From Scyliorhinus canicula (lineage: Eukaryota), in NCBI RefSeq assembly GCF_902713615.1, contig NC_052158.1, positions 40,477,729 through 40,541,728 on the forward strand: 64,000 nucleotides of DNA, in the 5' to 3' direction. Below, piece by piece: positions 36,601 through 48,600 of the stretch. Numbering within the stretch: position 1 is the stretch's first letter; every line of letters begins with the position of its first letter. The notes beneath the pieces were generated by a model. The model did not search any database. It was not told the origin of the DNA and was given only the letters and a program-made list of their open reading frames with translations. A program made the translations under genes and the position numbers.

Positions 36601-39600
36601 TACCACTCACTCTCCCCATCGTGCTCACTGTCCCTGAACTACTCACTCTCCCTGTTCGCTCACTCTCCTGTACTGCTCACTCTCCCCATACCGCTTGCTC
36701 GTCCGCGTACCAATCGCTCTCCCTGTACAGCTCTCTTCCCGTACCTTCCGCTCTCCCATTTCCGCTCACTCTCCCTGGTGGAAAGCGAGTGATCGGTAGT
36801 GTGATGTCTTGTTTGATTTGCCCCTCGTGGGCAGCCTAAACCAGGCTACCTGGTCATTTGCCCTGCCATTGTGGGATCTTGCTGTGTACAAATTCATTGT
36901 CATGTTTCCTCCAGTGACTGCATTCCTAAAGTCCTCATTCCAGCCGCTCCATCACCAAAACCACCAGATTCCAGTTCAATTTCTTTCTTCCAACTCAACC
37001 CCTCCCTCATCTGCTGCCAATTTTCTCACTCAGGATTTTTGACCCCAGAACATTTGATTTTCCAATTATCTCCTGGCTGGCCTCCCATTGTCCACCCTCC
37101 GGAAACTAAAGCTTATCCATAAGGCTGCTGCTGATATTTCCTTTGCTGCAGTGAACTTGTTTATCAATCAGGGAGGATTCTGGTGTTAATATAAAGTGAC
37201 AGACTGTAGGAGATTGTCATTGTGTGGTCCCGATTCATCTTGTTTAGTTAGTACCATTTGGGAAATGTTAATTCCTCATTAACCAATCCCTTCCTTTGTT
37301 TATTTCACAGATATTGATTCCTTTACTGTGCTGTACACAGGAATCTCCGGCATTCCTGGTTACCCTGAGTTTGCCGGTATGGCAATGCTCAATGGAGTAA
37401 TATTATCCCATTACGACAGTGACACCCTTCAGATGTTTTCCAGACACCAATTCATTACAGACTATCTCAATGTGGAAGAGTGGGATTACCTCAATGTCCT
37501 GGGAAAGAAACATTACGATGTAATGATGGGGACCATGAATACGATCCTGAAATTGATGAACCAGACAGTTGGTATGGCTAAGGAAACCGGAATCTCCCAC
37601 TAACATGGGGGTACTGGGGGTGGAGGTATTGCTACTGCCCATTGAAATGATATTTCATCGCAAGGCGGCACTGTGGTTGGCTTCGCAGCTACAGGGTCCC
37701 AGGTTCGATTCCGGCCTTGGTTGCTGTCTGTATGGAGTTTGCGCTTTCTCCCGTGTGTATGTGTGTGGGTTTCCTCCGGGTGCTCTGGTTTCCTCCCAAA
37801 GATGTGCACGTTAGGTATTATAATAGATATTATAATAATCTTCATTATTATTTTCCCAAGTAGGCTTATATTAAACATTGCCATGAAGATACTGTGAAAA
37901 TCCCCTAGTCACCACACTCCGGCATCTGTTCAGGTACACTGAGGGAAAATATAAAATGTCCAATTCATCGAACAAGCATGTCTTTCGGGACTTGTGGGAG
38001 GAAACCGAGGGAGGCCCACGCATACACGGGGGGAACGTGCGGACTCCGGACGGACAGTGGCCTGGGCCGGGAATCGACCCTGGGACCGTGGCGCTGTGGG
38101 CCAGCTGTGCTAGCCACTGTGCTACCGTGCTTCCCATGGTGGATTGGCCATGCTAAATTGTCCAAACATTGGGTGGGGTTGCTGGGTTACAGGGATCGGG
38201 TGGAGGCATGGGCTTAAGTTGGCTGCACTTTCCAAGGGCCGGTGCAGACTCGATGGGCCGAATGGCTTCCTTCTGCACTGTAAATTCGATGATTCTATGT
38301 TGTTTTTCTCACTCTCCCAACCCGACTGCTTCCACTTTTCCCACTCAACCCCATATTGGCTCATTGGCCATTCCTGGTTTGTACTTCCTGCTTTATTCCC
38401 ACTCCTGAGGTCTTCCACATCCTCTAGTTCTGAGGATATCCACTCTCTCAGCTCAAACATTAAAGATATCGGAAGATGAGGGATAAGAGTGAGGGGGAGA
38501 AGTTAAGCAACTTGATTAAAAAGAGACACACAGAAGAGAGGGGGAAGGGAAAGTGAGTGAGGAGGAGAGAGAAAAGGGACAGTTATGGAGGACGAGCGAA
38601 AGGTATTTTTTTGAAAATGTTTTTATGAAGAGTTCTTCATTTTATACAATACACCATAAACAAAACTGTACAAACCAAATACAATTTACAAGGATCAAAC
38701 ATTAAAATAACCCCCTTCCCCTATTTTTCTTGTACAGAATGTTTTCCTTGCTGGTTCTTCATTTCCCGACACAGCAGGGCCATATAGTGACACATATATT
38801 ACACAGTGATAAATCAAGCCTCGTCGGCTACCTGTATTTACAAACTTTTGGTCTGGGGGGAGTGATCAGTGTCTGTGCCTCCCTATTTTCTCCCCCTCCC
38901 TCTCCCCTTGGTGTCTGTGGTCCCTCTATGACCCCCGCTCCTTCCCTTTGCTCTATTGGCTGTTGGCTACAACAGGTTCTGGAACAAGTTGGTGAATGGC
39001 TTCCACGTCTTGTGGAAGCCCTCTTCCGACCCCCGGATGGTGAATTTGATTTTTTCCAGGTGGAGAAATTCCGACAGGTTGGGCAGCCAGTCCACAGCTG
39101 TGGGAGGTGCTGCTAATCGCCAATCGAGCAGGATGTTTGGGTGGCCGATTAGGAAGATAAAGGCAAGGCTGCGGCCCCTCTCCCCAAGACGAGTTCTGGC
39201 TCGTCTGCTACCCCGAAGATTGCCACTTTTGGACTTGGCACCCTCGCCCCCACAACCTTGGACATTACCTCAAAGAAATTCGTCCAGAACTCAACAAATC
39301 TGGGGCATGCCCAGATCATGTTGGCCGGGCCTCTCTGGCACCGTCCACATTTGTCCTCCACCTCCAAGGAACAAATGTTCTTTCAGGTTCTGGTTAGTTG
39401 TGTGCTGTGTACCACTTTCAGCTGCGTAAGGCTTAGCTGTGTGCATGTGCAGGGGGAGTTGATCCTGTTCAGTGCTTCGCTCCAGTGTTCCTACTATTTC
39501 TATCTCTGGCTCTTTCTCCCATTTTTCTCTTGTCCCGCCTAGTGGGGAGTGTGCCGGTCCCAACAGTCGGCCAGATAAGTCCCGTGGTTCCCCCCCCCCC

Positions 39601-42600
39601 CCCCCTCAAGTTGCCCACGTCCAACAGTTCTTCTGATAATGATTTTCCCGGCGCTGTGGGTATGTCGTCGGTTCCCTTCGGACGAAGTTTTTGAATTGCA
39701 TGTGTCGTAACTCGTTTCCCCCTGGTTAGTTTTTTAAAAACATTTAGAGCACCCAATTATTTTTTTCCAATTAAGGAGCAATTTAGCGTGACCAATTATT
39801 CTACCCTGCACATCTTTGGATTGTGAGGGCGAAACCCGATCCCTGTAACCCAGCAACCCCACCCAATGTTTGGACAATTTAGCATGGCCAATCCACCATG
39901 GGAAGCACGGTAGCACAGTGGCTTGCACAGCTGGCCCACAGCGCCACGGTCCCAGGGTCGATTCCCGGCCCAGGCCACTGTCCGTCCGGAGTCCGCACGT
40001 TCCCCCCCCGTGTATGCGTGGGCCTCCCTCGGTTTCCTCCCACAAGTCCCGAAAGACATGCTTGTTCGATGAATTGGACATTTTATATTTTCCCTCAGTG
40101 TACCTGAACAGATGCCGGAGTGTGGTGACTAGGGGATTTTCACAGTATCTTCATGGCAATGTTTAATATAAACTTTGGATTGTGAGGGCGAAACCCACGC
40201 AAACACGGGGAGAATGTGCAAACTCCACACAGACAGTGACCCAGGACAAGGATCGAACCTGGGACCTCGGCACCATGAGGCAGCAGTGCTAACCACTGCG
40301 CCACCTTGCTGCCCATTCCCTCTGGTCAGTCGAAGCCTCTTTGTCGGCTCCTATAGTTTTGTCAGTCTGTTGGCTCTGTAGAAGTCCCTGTCTGTCAGTG
40401 TCCTCTGTCCTGTCTCCACCTTTTAAAGGTGGCATCCATCTTGGCTGGCATCAACCTGTGATTGTTGTAGTTGAGGATCCATAGTGGACATTTCGGTCAG
40501 ACCGATGTGTCGTCTTAGTTGGTTCCATGTCCAAAGCGTGACTATTACCACTGGGCTTGTTGAGTGCTTGGCTGGTGGGCTTGGGAGCGCTGCTGTGGCG
40601 AGGGCTCGGAGGGATGTCCCTGTGCAGGAACTCTCCTCCATTTTCACTCATTCTGCTTCAAGTTCCTTTACCTGTTCCATCACTACCTCTGCTGTGGCGT
40701 CCCAGTAGGAATACAGAAAATTAGGGAGGGCCAGGCCCCCCCTGCGTGGCCTTGGATTCTTCTTCTTTCCCAATGTCCATCTCAATGTCCTGATACAAAT
40801 CGGTCTGGTGTCCATCCACGTTGCAGGTTCTCGTCTGGCTGGCCCATTGCAGGATTCTCTCCCGGTCTTGGCACCGGTACAATTATTGCCCTCGGCTGCT
40901 CCACGGCCGTGGATTTCGGCCGGAGCAACCTAAGAGCCCTCTCTATCTCCGGCAGTCTGGGGAAGCTGTTCATTCCCACCAGATTTCCCAGGATCTTGGC
41001 TACGTAGTCCGTGTGGTTCCAGCCTTCGGTTCCCTCTGGCAGTCCCACTATTCTGAATTTCTGCCGCCTTGATTGATTCTCTTGGTCTTCCACATTTCCC
41101 TTCAGCTTGCTCTGGGCCACCATAAACCTTGCTATCTTTGTCTCTGGGGCGATGAGCCTTAATTGTGCTTTCCTCGGCCTGTAGTCATCTCTCTGCTTTG
41201 TCGAGGGCCACCTACATGGCGGCCATTGCTTCCGTGACCACCACATTGACCGCCACCTGGATTCCGAGTCTGATGTCTGCTTTGAGCTCCTTTAGCTCTC
41301 TGGTGAGGAACTTCCTCCAGCTGCCCTCTGGCGAGGGGAAGTTCCTTGCATGGCTTGTTGGCTCCTCTTGTTCAGGTGCTGCCAGGGATTCTTCGTCTTG
41401 TGGGTCCACCATCTCACTCGCCAGTTTTTCCAGGCTCCAGTTGCCTCTTGTTTCCTTACGGCCTCTGATACAGCTGTTGCTTGGCATTTCGGTTAATATT
41501 TTATATCTTAATTTGTAGATTGAAGAGAGTGATGAGGGTATGCTTTTTTTCTTGGTTCTGGCGCTATTTTTGATTTCCTAGGAAGAGAGTCACCTTCTGT
41601 GCGTCCACTCAGCACATCCCCGTCACTGGAAAACTTGAGAGAAGGGGTATTTTAAAAATAAATTTGAAGGACCCAATTAATTTTCTTTCCAATTAAGGGG
41701 CAATTTAGCATAGCCAATCCACCTGCCTTGCACATGTTTGGAGTGTTGGGGTGAGACCCAAGCAGACACGGGGAGAATGTGCAAACTCCACACGGACAGT
41801 GGCCCGGGGCCGGGATCGAACCTGGGACCTCGGTCCTCGGCTAACCACTGCGCCATCGTGCCACCTCGTCTTGAGAAAAAGGCTATCGAGGTGAAGGAGA
41901 TGCATCAATGATGGAGAAAGGAGCAGGAAGTATGAGCAGAGAAGGTGATAGTGGTTACAGAGAGCAATATGGGGAGGGAAGCAGGGGAAAGCAGAGGTGG
42001 TGGCCTGAGAGGAGGTAATTGTTTAGTGGCAGTGTTACTGGACTGATGCTCAGGTTCAATTCTTAGGAAGAATGCAGGTGGGATTTAAATTCAAGTAACA
42101 GGATGAAATGAAAAAGGAATGGGACAGAAATCTGCCATTCTTGCCCAGTCTGACCTACATTTACTCCAGACCCACAGTAATGACCCTTTACTGTCCTTTG
42201 AAAAGGCCGAGCAAAACACTCAGTTGTATCCCATGCCAGTACGGTGGCGCAGTGGGTTAGCCCTACAGCCTCACAGCGCCGAGGTCCCACGTTCGATCCC
42301 GGTTCTGGGTCACTATCCGTGTGGAGTTTGCATATTTTGCTAGGGCTGGTTTAGCTCACTGAGCTAAATCGCTGGCTTTTAAAGCAGACCAAGCAGGCCA
42401 GCAGCACGGTTCGATTCCTGTACCAGCCTCCCCGGACAGGCGCCGTAATGTGGCGACTAGGGGCTTTTCACAGTAACTTCATTGAAGCCTACTCGTGACA
42501 ATAAGTGATTTTCATTTTTTATTTTTTTTCATTTCATCCAACTGCTCCAAAGTCAATGAGACAGAAAGAAACCGGACAGACTACCCGGCATTGACAGGGA

Positions 42601-45600
42601 CACTGGAAACGACAATGGCAAACCCAGTCCTATCGCCCCTGCAGAGTTCTCCTTTCTAACATCTGAGGGTTTGTGCCAGCATTGGGAAAGCTGTCCCACA
42701 GACTAGTCAAACAACAGTCTGACATAGTCATACCTTACAATGTCCCAATCCTTATTCTTCCAATGGCAGGATAGAACAGAGTTCAATTGAGGTGGTGCAC
42801 ATTCGAGAGGAAGTTGATCTGGGAGACCACAAAGATTCATGGCATCAGGTCAAAGGTGGGCAAGGAATCCTCCTGCTGATTATTACTGAGCCACCAACCC
42901 CCACCCTCACCCTCCCTCAGCTGATAAATCCTGTGTTGGGGATCACAGGGTTTAGTGAGAGGGAGGAACTGAAGGAAATCAGTATTAGTAGAGAAATGAT
43001 GTTGGGGAAGCTGATGGGATTGATGCTGGTAAATCCTCACGGCCTGATAATCCATATCATAGAGTACTGAAGGAAGTGGCCTGAGAATTAGTGGATGTAT
43101 TGATGGTCATCTTCCCAGATTTTATAGACACTGGAACAGTTCCTGCAGATTGCAAGGTCGCTAATGTATTTAAAAAGGGAGGCAGAGAGAAAACCGAATC
43201 ATAGACCAGTGAGCCTGACTTTGGTAGTGGGCTGTACAAATGCCAGGCAATAACCATTTCCAACAAGACAGAATTCAACCATCTCACCTTGACATTCAAT
43301 GGCATTACCATCAATGAGTCCCCCAATATCAACATCCTGGAGGTTACCATTGATCCAAAATTCAACTGGGCTAACTATATAGACACTGTGCCTGCAAGAG
43401 CAAGGCGGAGGTTGGGCTATCTGTGGCGAGTAACTCACCTCCTGACCCACCCCAAAGCCTGTCCTCCATCTACGGTAGCACAGTTGTTAGCACTGTTGCT
43501 TCACAGCGCCAGGATCCCAGGTTCGATTCCCGGTTTGGGGCACTGTCTCTGCAGAGTTTGCCTATGTCTGTGTGGGTTTCCTCCGGGTGATCCGGTTGCC
43601 TCCCACAGGTCCCGAAAGACATGGGGCGTGATTCTCCGCAAATGCGGAGAGTCCTGAAGGCTGCCGTGAAACCGGCCGTGTTTCACGGCAGCCTCCGCGC
43701 CCCCTCCCGGGACCCGATTCTGCTCCCCGGTCGGGGCTAGCAGCGGGGCCCCGTGAACTTCGGCATCGCGGGCTTAGCGAATTTCGCTAAGCCCGCGCGC
43801 CAAAGTTAGCGACAGCTGACGCATATGATGATGTCAGCCGCGCATGCGCGGATTGGACGGCTCCAACCCGCGCATGCGAGGATGACGTCATCACGCATAT
43901 GCGTTAAACCCGCGCATGCGCGGGCCGTTATGTCCCTCAGTAGCCCCACGGACTGATACAGCGGGGCGGCGGAGGAACAAAGAGTGCCCACCGATCACGG
44001 GCCCATGGCACCCGTGGTGCGGCCGTGCCAATCGGTGCCATGGTTCCCCAGAACGGCACTTTGCGGCCGTTTTTACGAACTGTGATAGCAGGTGTGTTGG
44101 AGTTCTTAAAAACGGCCGTAAAGGCCTGGGAACTCGGCCCATCGGCCAGGGGAGAATCGCTGTTTGCCGTAAAAAACTGTGAGCAGCGATTCGTGTCGGG
44201 GGGAGGGGGGGGGGGGGGGGAATAGCGGGATGTCGGGAAGGCCCTTACGCTATTCTCCGACCCATCGTGGGGGGCGGAGAATCGCGCCCATGCTGTTTGG
44301 TAATTTAGAAGTTCTGAATTTCTCTCTCTGTGCACCCTAACAGGCGCCGGAATGTGGTGACGAGGGGCTTTTCACAGTAACTTCATTGCACTTTTAATGT
44401 AAGCCTACTTGTAACAATAAAGATTATTATTATTTCAAAGCATAAGACAGGAGTGTCATGGAATTCTCTCCACTTGTATGGATGAGTGCAGCTCCAACAA
44501 GAAGCTTGACAACATCCAGGACAAAATAATCCACTTGATTGCCCCCCATCCACAAACACCTGAAGCAAAGTTTTGCGGCCTCAATCAATGACAGGATTTT
44601 CCGCTCCAACCAAAGTTGGTCTTTGGAAAGCTTCCTGTATTTTACGCCCCCACCCACACCGCGTTGAAGCGTTAAATTACCACCCATGGGAACACCAGCA
44701 TCTGGAGGTTCCCCTCCAAGTCACTCACCATCCTGACTTGGAAATGTATCACCGCCGTTCCTTCACTCTCGCTGGGTTAAAATCCTGGAACTCCCTTCCT
44801 AACAGCACAATGGGTGTACCTACATCTCAGAAACTGCAGCGGTTCAAGAAGGCAACTCACCACCACCTTCTGTAGGGCAATAAATGCTGGCCTAACCAGT
44901 AACGCCCACATGCTGAAAATGAATAAAAGAAGGATTATTTTCCAAAAAGAACAGTAATTGGAACACGTCATTGGAATATAAAGCTAATATACTGTGTAGA
45001 ACCCTGGACTTGCAACATACCCAAAATTGATTTCTACTGACTTGAATTTAGTGGAAAATCCAGTGGGATGTAGAATCCCCATAGCCTCCATATCCAGTGG
45101 ATTAGGCCCCATTTCCTTGTCTGAATACCTTATCTGAATTGTGAAAAGACTTTTCTAATCAACAGTGAATTATTGGTTATTGATCTCTGGTGTCTGACAG
45201 GATTTCACACTTTTCAATGGATTCGGTCTGTCGAGGTCACTGAAGACGGCTCCATTAAGAGATCGATGAGGTTTGGATTTGATGGAAAGGATTATATTAG
45301 TTTAGAGCCAGACAGGATGAGATGGGTCGCATCCAATCACATCGCAGTGAAGACTAAAGAGAAATGGGATTCGGATCAATCTTGGAATGAGCACTGGAAA
45401 TGGCAGATGGAAGTAGAACTGATTAGCCTCTTAAGGAAATATTTAAAAATTGGAAAGGAATTTCTCAAAAAGAAAGGTATTGATTTGAGTTTTGATCCAT
45501 GTTCTGATCTAACTTCACTGATCTATCAAACCGTTCTCCCATTCCATTCAGTGTCTGTCTATTGTTTGTGTTTTCACCCTTTCCCATTACAGTTCAGCCT

Positions 45601-48600
45601 GAAGTCTTCATCTCCAGAAGTGAGGCCAATAGTCAGTACAAGCCGCTCACTCTCTCCTGCCTGGTTACTGGGTTTTATCCTGTAGACATCGAGGTGACCT
45701 GGCTAAGGAATGGAGAGGTAATGTCTGAGACACAATCCTCGGGGCTTCGACCGAACCACGATGGGAGCCATCAGATCCAGAAAGAGATTGAAATAAATGC
45801 TGGGGATGAGGATCAATACTCCTGTCAAATTGAACACAGCAGCCTGGCAGAGCCCAAGCTCCATCAGTGGGGTAAGGAATTGAACTGGATGTGCGTGGAT
45901 GAGTACTTGCGTGCATCTGACTACATTTCTTCTTTTTACGAGGTCCTACACTCTCACCATCGGGAAAATTTCTGATTTGTTTTTCTCAGATTTAATGTGG
46001 ATGATCCCATACTTCCCACATTGGGGAAAACTGTGGCAGATGGAATTCACTCATTTAATCAATCAATGTTCCTTCACTGTGTCTCCTAACTTAGTGCCAT
46101 CTGTAAACTGGGATATAAAACTCTCTGTCCCTTCATCCAAGTCATTAATGTAGATGGTGAAAACCTGACCCAGGACAGATCCCTCGGGAATACAACTGAA
46201 CCCATCCTGCCAATGGGAGCACATTCGCTTTATCCCCATTCCCTGTGTCATAACTCCAACCAATTCCCACCCCCTGCCACAGATTGCCTCCAATTCCAAA
46301 CACGCTGATTATTATCAAGAATCTGTGCGGAACCTTATCAATGACCTTCTGGAGTCCATCTGGAGCAGATCCATAGATACTCCCTTATCCACCATGTCAG
46401 TGAGATCCTGATCAAATTCAATGTGATTAGTCAGACATGAGCCCCCATCACAGATCCATCCTGTCTCTCTTTGATCAGCTGATTCTCGTCCCAATGTCTG
46501 GAGCTCAATCTCTGGCCATTTGTGAATCTTTTCTTTGAGTTGGATTCTCTCACTTATTCCATGTGTGGTCCATGGTGGCTTCACTGCAGTCGGTTAGGAC
46601 TAAGTTCTGTGTTGGATTGTACCAAGTGCTTCTTTTGAAGCGTTTGCTCTGTTTATCTGTTGTTTCCCTCATTATCAGCTCAGCCCAGTTTCCTGTGGTC
46701 AGTTTATTCCTCATCCCTTTGAAGTTTGATGTGAAACCCATCAGTGATGCTGCCTCCTGGGCCGTACAATGTTACCCTGGAGATTGAGCAAGGACAGGAC
46801 ACAGAGACATTGGGGAGAATTAGAACTGAACTGGCCGGGAAGGTAACCCACGGGATTGGGACAACACGGCTTTGACACCCCCATCAATGGGAATCTTTAG
46901 TGACTTCACTGAAGAGTGAAATCGGGCGATTGTGAAACCAAAGTTTCAACCAATCCCATCAATTCCCAATGGGCTGCTTCAGTTCAAATTGCCCCCAATT
47001 AACACAGAACTGGGAATGGATCCGGGAACAGAGAGACAATCCTCATATTATTCAGATCTCTTTCAGAAATCCCGGAAAACAGTGGGGATGGCTTCCACCT
47101 TGGAATTATAATCGGATTAGTCATCACTGTACTGGCTGTTATATTCGTGATAATCGGAATAATCATCTGGAAAAGGCAAAGGAAAGGTAAGAATCTGAGA
47201 GGGGGGAATGTAGAACTGAGGGGACAGAGTGAGTGTGGGGGAATCCCCAGTACTGGGAGTACAGGACACTGAGAGGGGAATGTAGAACTGAGGGGACAGA
47301 GTGAGTGTGGGGGGATCCCCAGTCCTGGGAGTACAGGACACTGAGAGGGGAGAGAGAGGGGAATGTAGAACTGAGGGGACAGAGTGAGTGTGGGGGGATC
47401 CCCAGTACTGGGAGTACAGGACACTGAGAGGGGAGAGAGAGAGAGGGGAATGTAGAGCTGAGGGGACAGAGTGAGAGTGGGGGAATCATAGAACATAGAA
47501 CAGTACAGCACAGAACAGGACCTTCGGCCCTCAATGTTGTGCCGAGCCATGATCACCCTACTCAAACCCACGTATCCACCCTATACCCGTAACCCAACAA
47601 CCCCCCCTTAACCTTACTTTTATTAGGACACTACGGGCAATTTAGCATGACCGATCCACCTAACCTGCACATCTTTGGACTGTGGGAGGAAACCGGAGCA
47701 CCCGGAGGAAACCCACGCAAACAGGGGGAGGACGTGCAGACTCCACACAGACAGTGACCCAGCCGGGAATCGAACCTGGGACCCTGGAGCTGTGAAGCAT
47801 TTATGCTAACCACCATGCTACCCTGCTGCCCCAGTACTGGGAGTACAGGACACAGAGAGGAGAGAGAGAGAGAGAGGGGAATGTGGATCTGAGGGGACAG
47901 AGTGAGTGTGGGGGAATCTCCAGTACTGGGAGTACAGAACACTGAGAGGGGATAGTGAGAGATGTGGTGATCGTAGATCTGACTAGATGCAATACAACTG
48001 AGCAAGCACTAGTGGGAGCATGGGGGAGCTATAAATACACCATGACAGGAAGTGAGGACACACTTCACGGAAGGCAGAACTGGTAGCAGGACACAGAGAC
48101 AAGCAGGCAGCATTTGAGGTAGCCGTACGTTAAGGTCTGAAGAGAGAACAAATTCACAATAAAGCATCTTCTCCACATTTGAGACTACGAGCTTTATTAA
48201 GACACGAGGAACAACACATGGTACCATGAGTGGCTTCAGACGCTTACTACAGGACAACTCAGCTGCAGATACAGAAAGAACAAAATGGCATGGAAATCTC
48301 CTACTGGACATTCGACTTGGGAAGACATCGCTAATTCGAGGATGTGGCTTGGATGTCCACCTCAGCTGGAGACGACTGGCAATGTAAGAAATGTCTGGAA
48401 AAATTTTAAACAATGGTTTGATTCATATATCATAGCTAATGATGTAGCAGCAGCCTCAGACGAAATTAAAATAGCAATGCTCATCGCAGGACATGAAGCT
48501 AGGAAAGTATATAATGGATTTAAATACTCAAAAGATGAAGACAGCAACAGTTTACAAATAATACTAAAAAAATTTGAAGAGTACTGTAAGGAATTTGAAC

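Larger units (their letters stand above)
27511..43526 (+). repeat. Right arm of the large inverted duplication
   Basis: As for the left arm; mirror-image ORF pairs throughout the ORF track. Confidence 0.95.

Noticed and set aside
33741-36839. Very long ORFs (1032, 855, 681 aa; mirrors at 9707-12333)
   Set aside because: Translations of an 18-bp minisatellite that is stop-free in several frames on both strands; it lies inside an MHC intron.
47048-47066. Alternative acceptor at 47055 for the TM exon
   Set aside because: It adds 11 nt and breaks the frame; the 47066 acceptor keeps phase.
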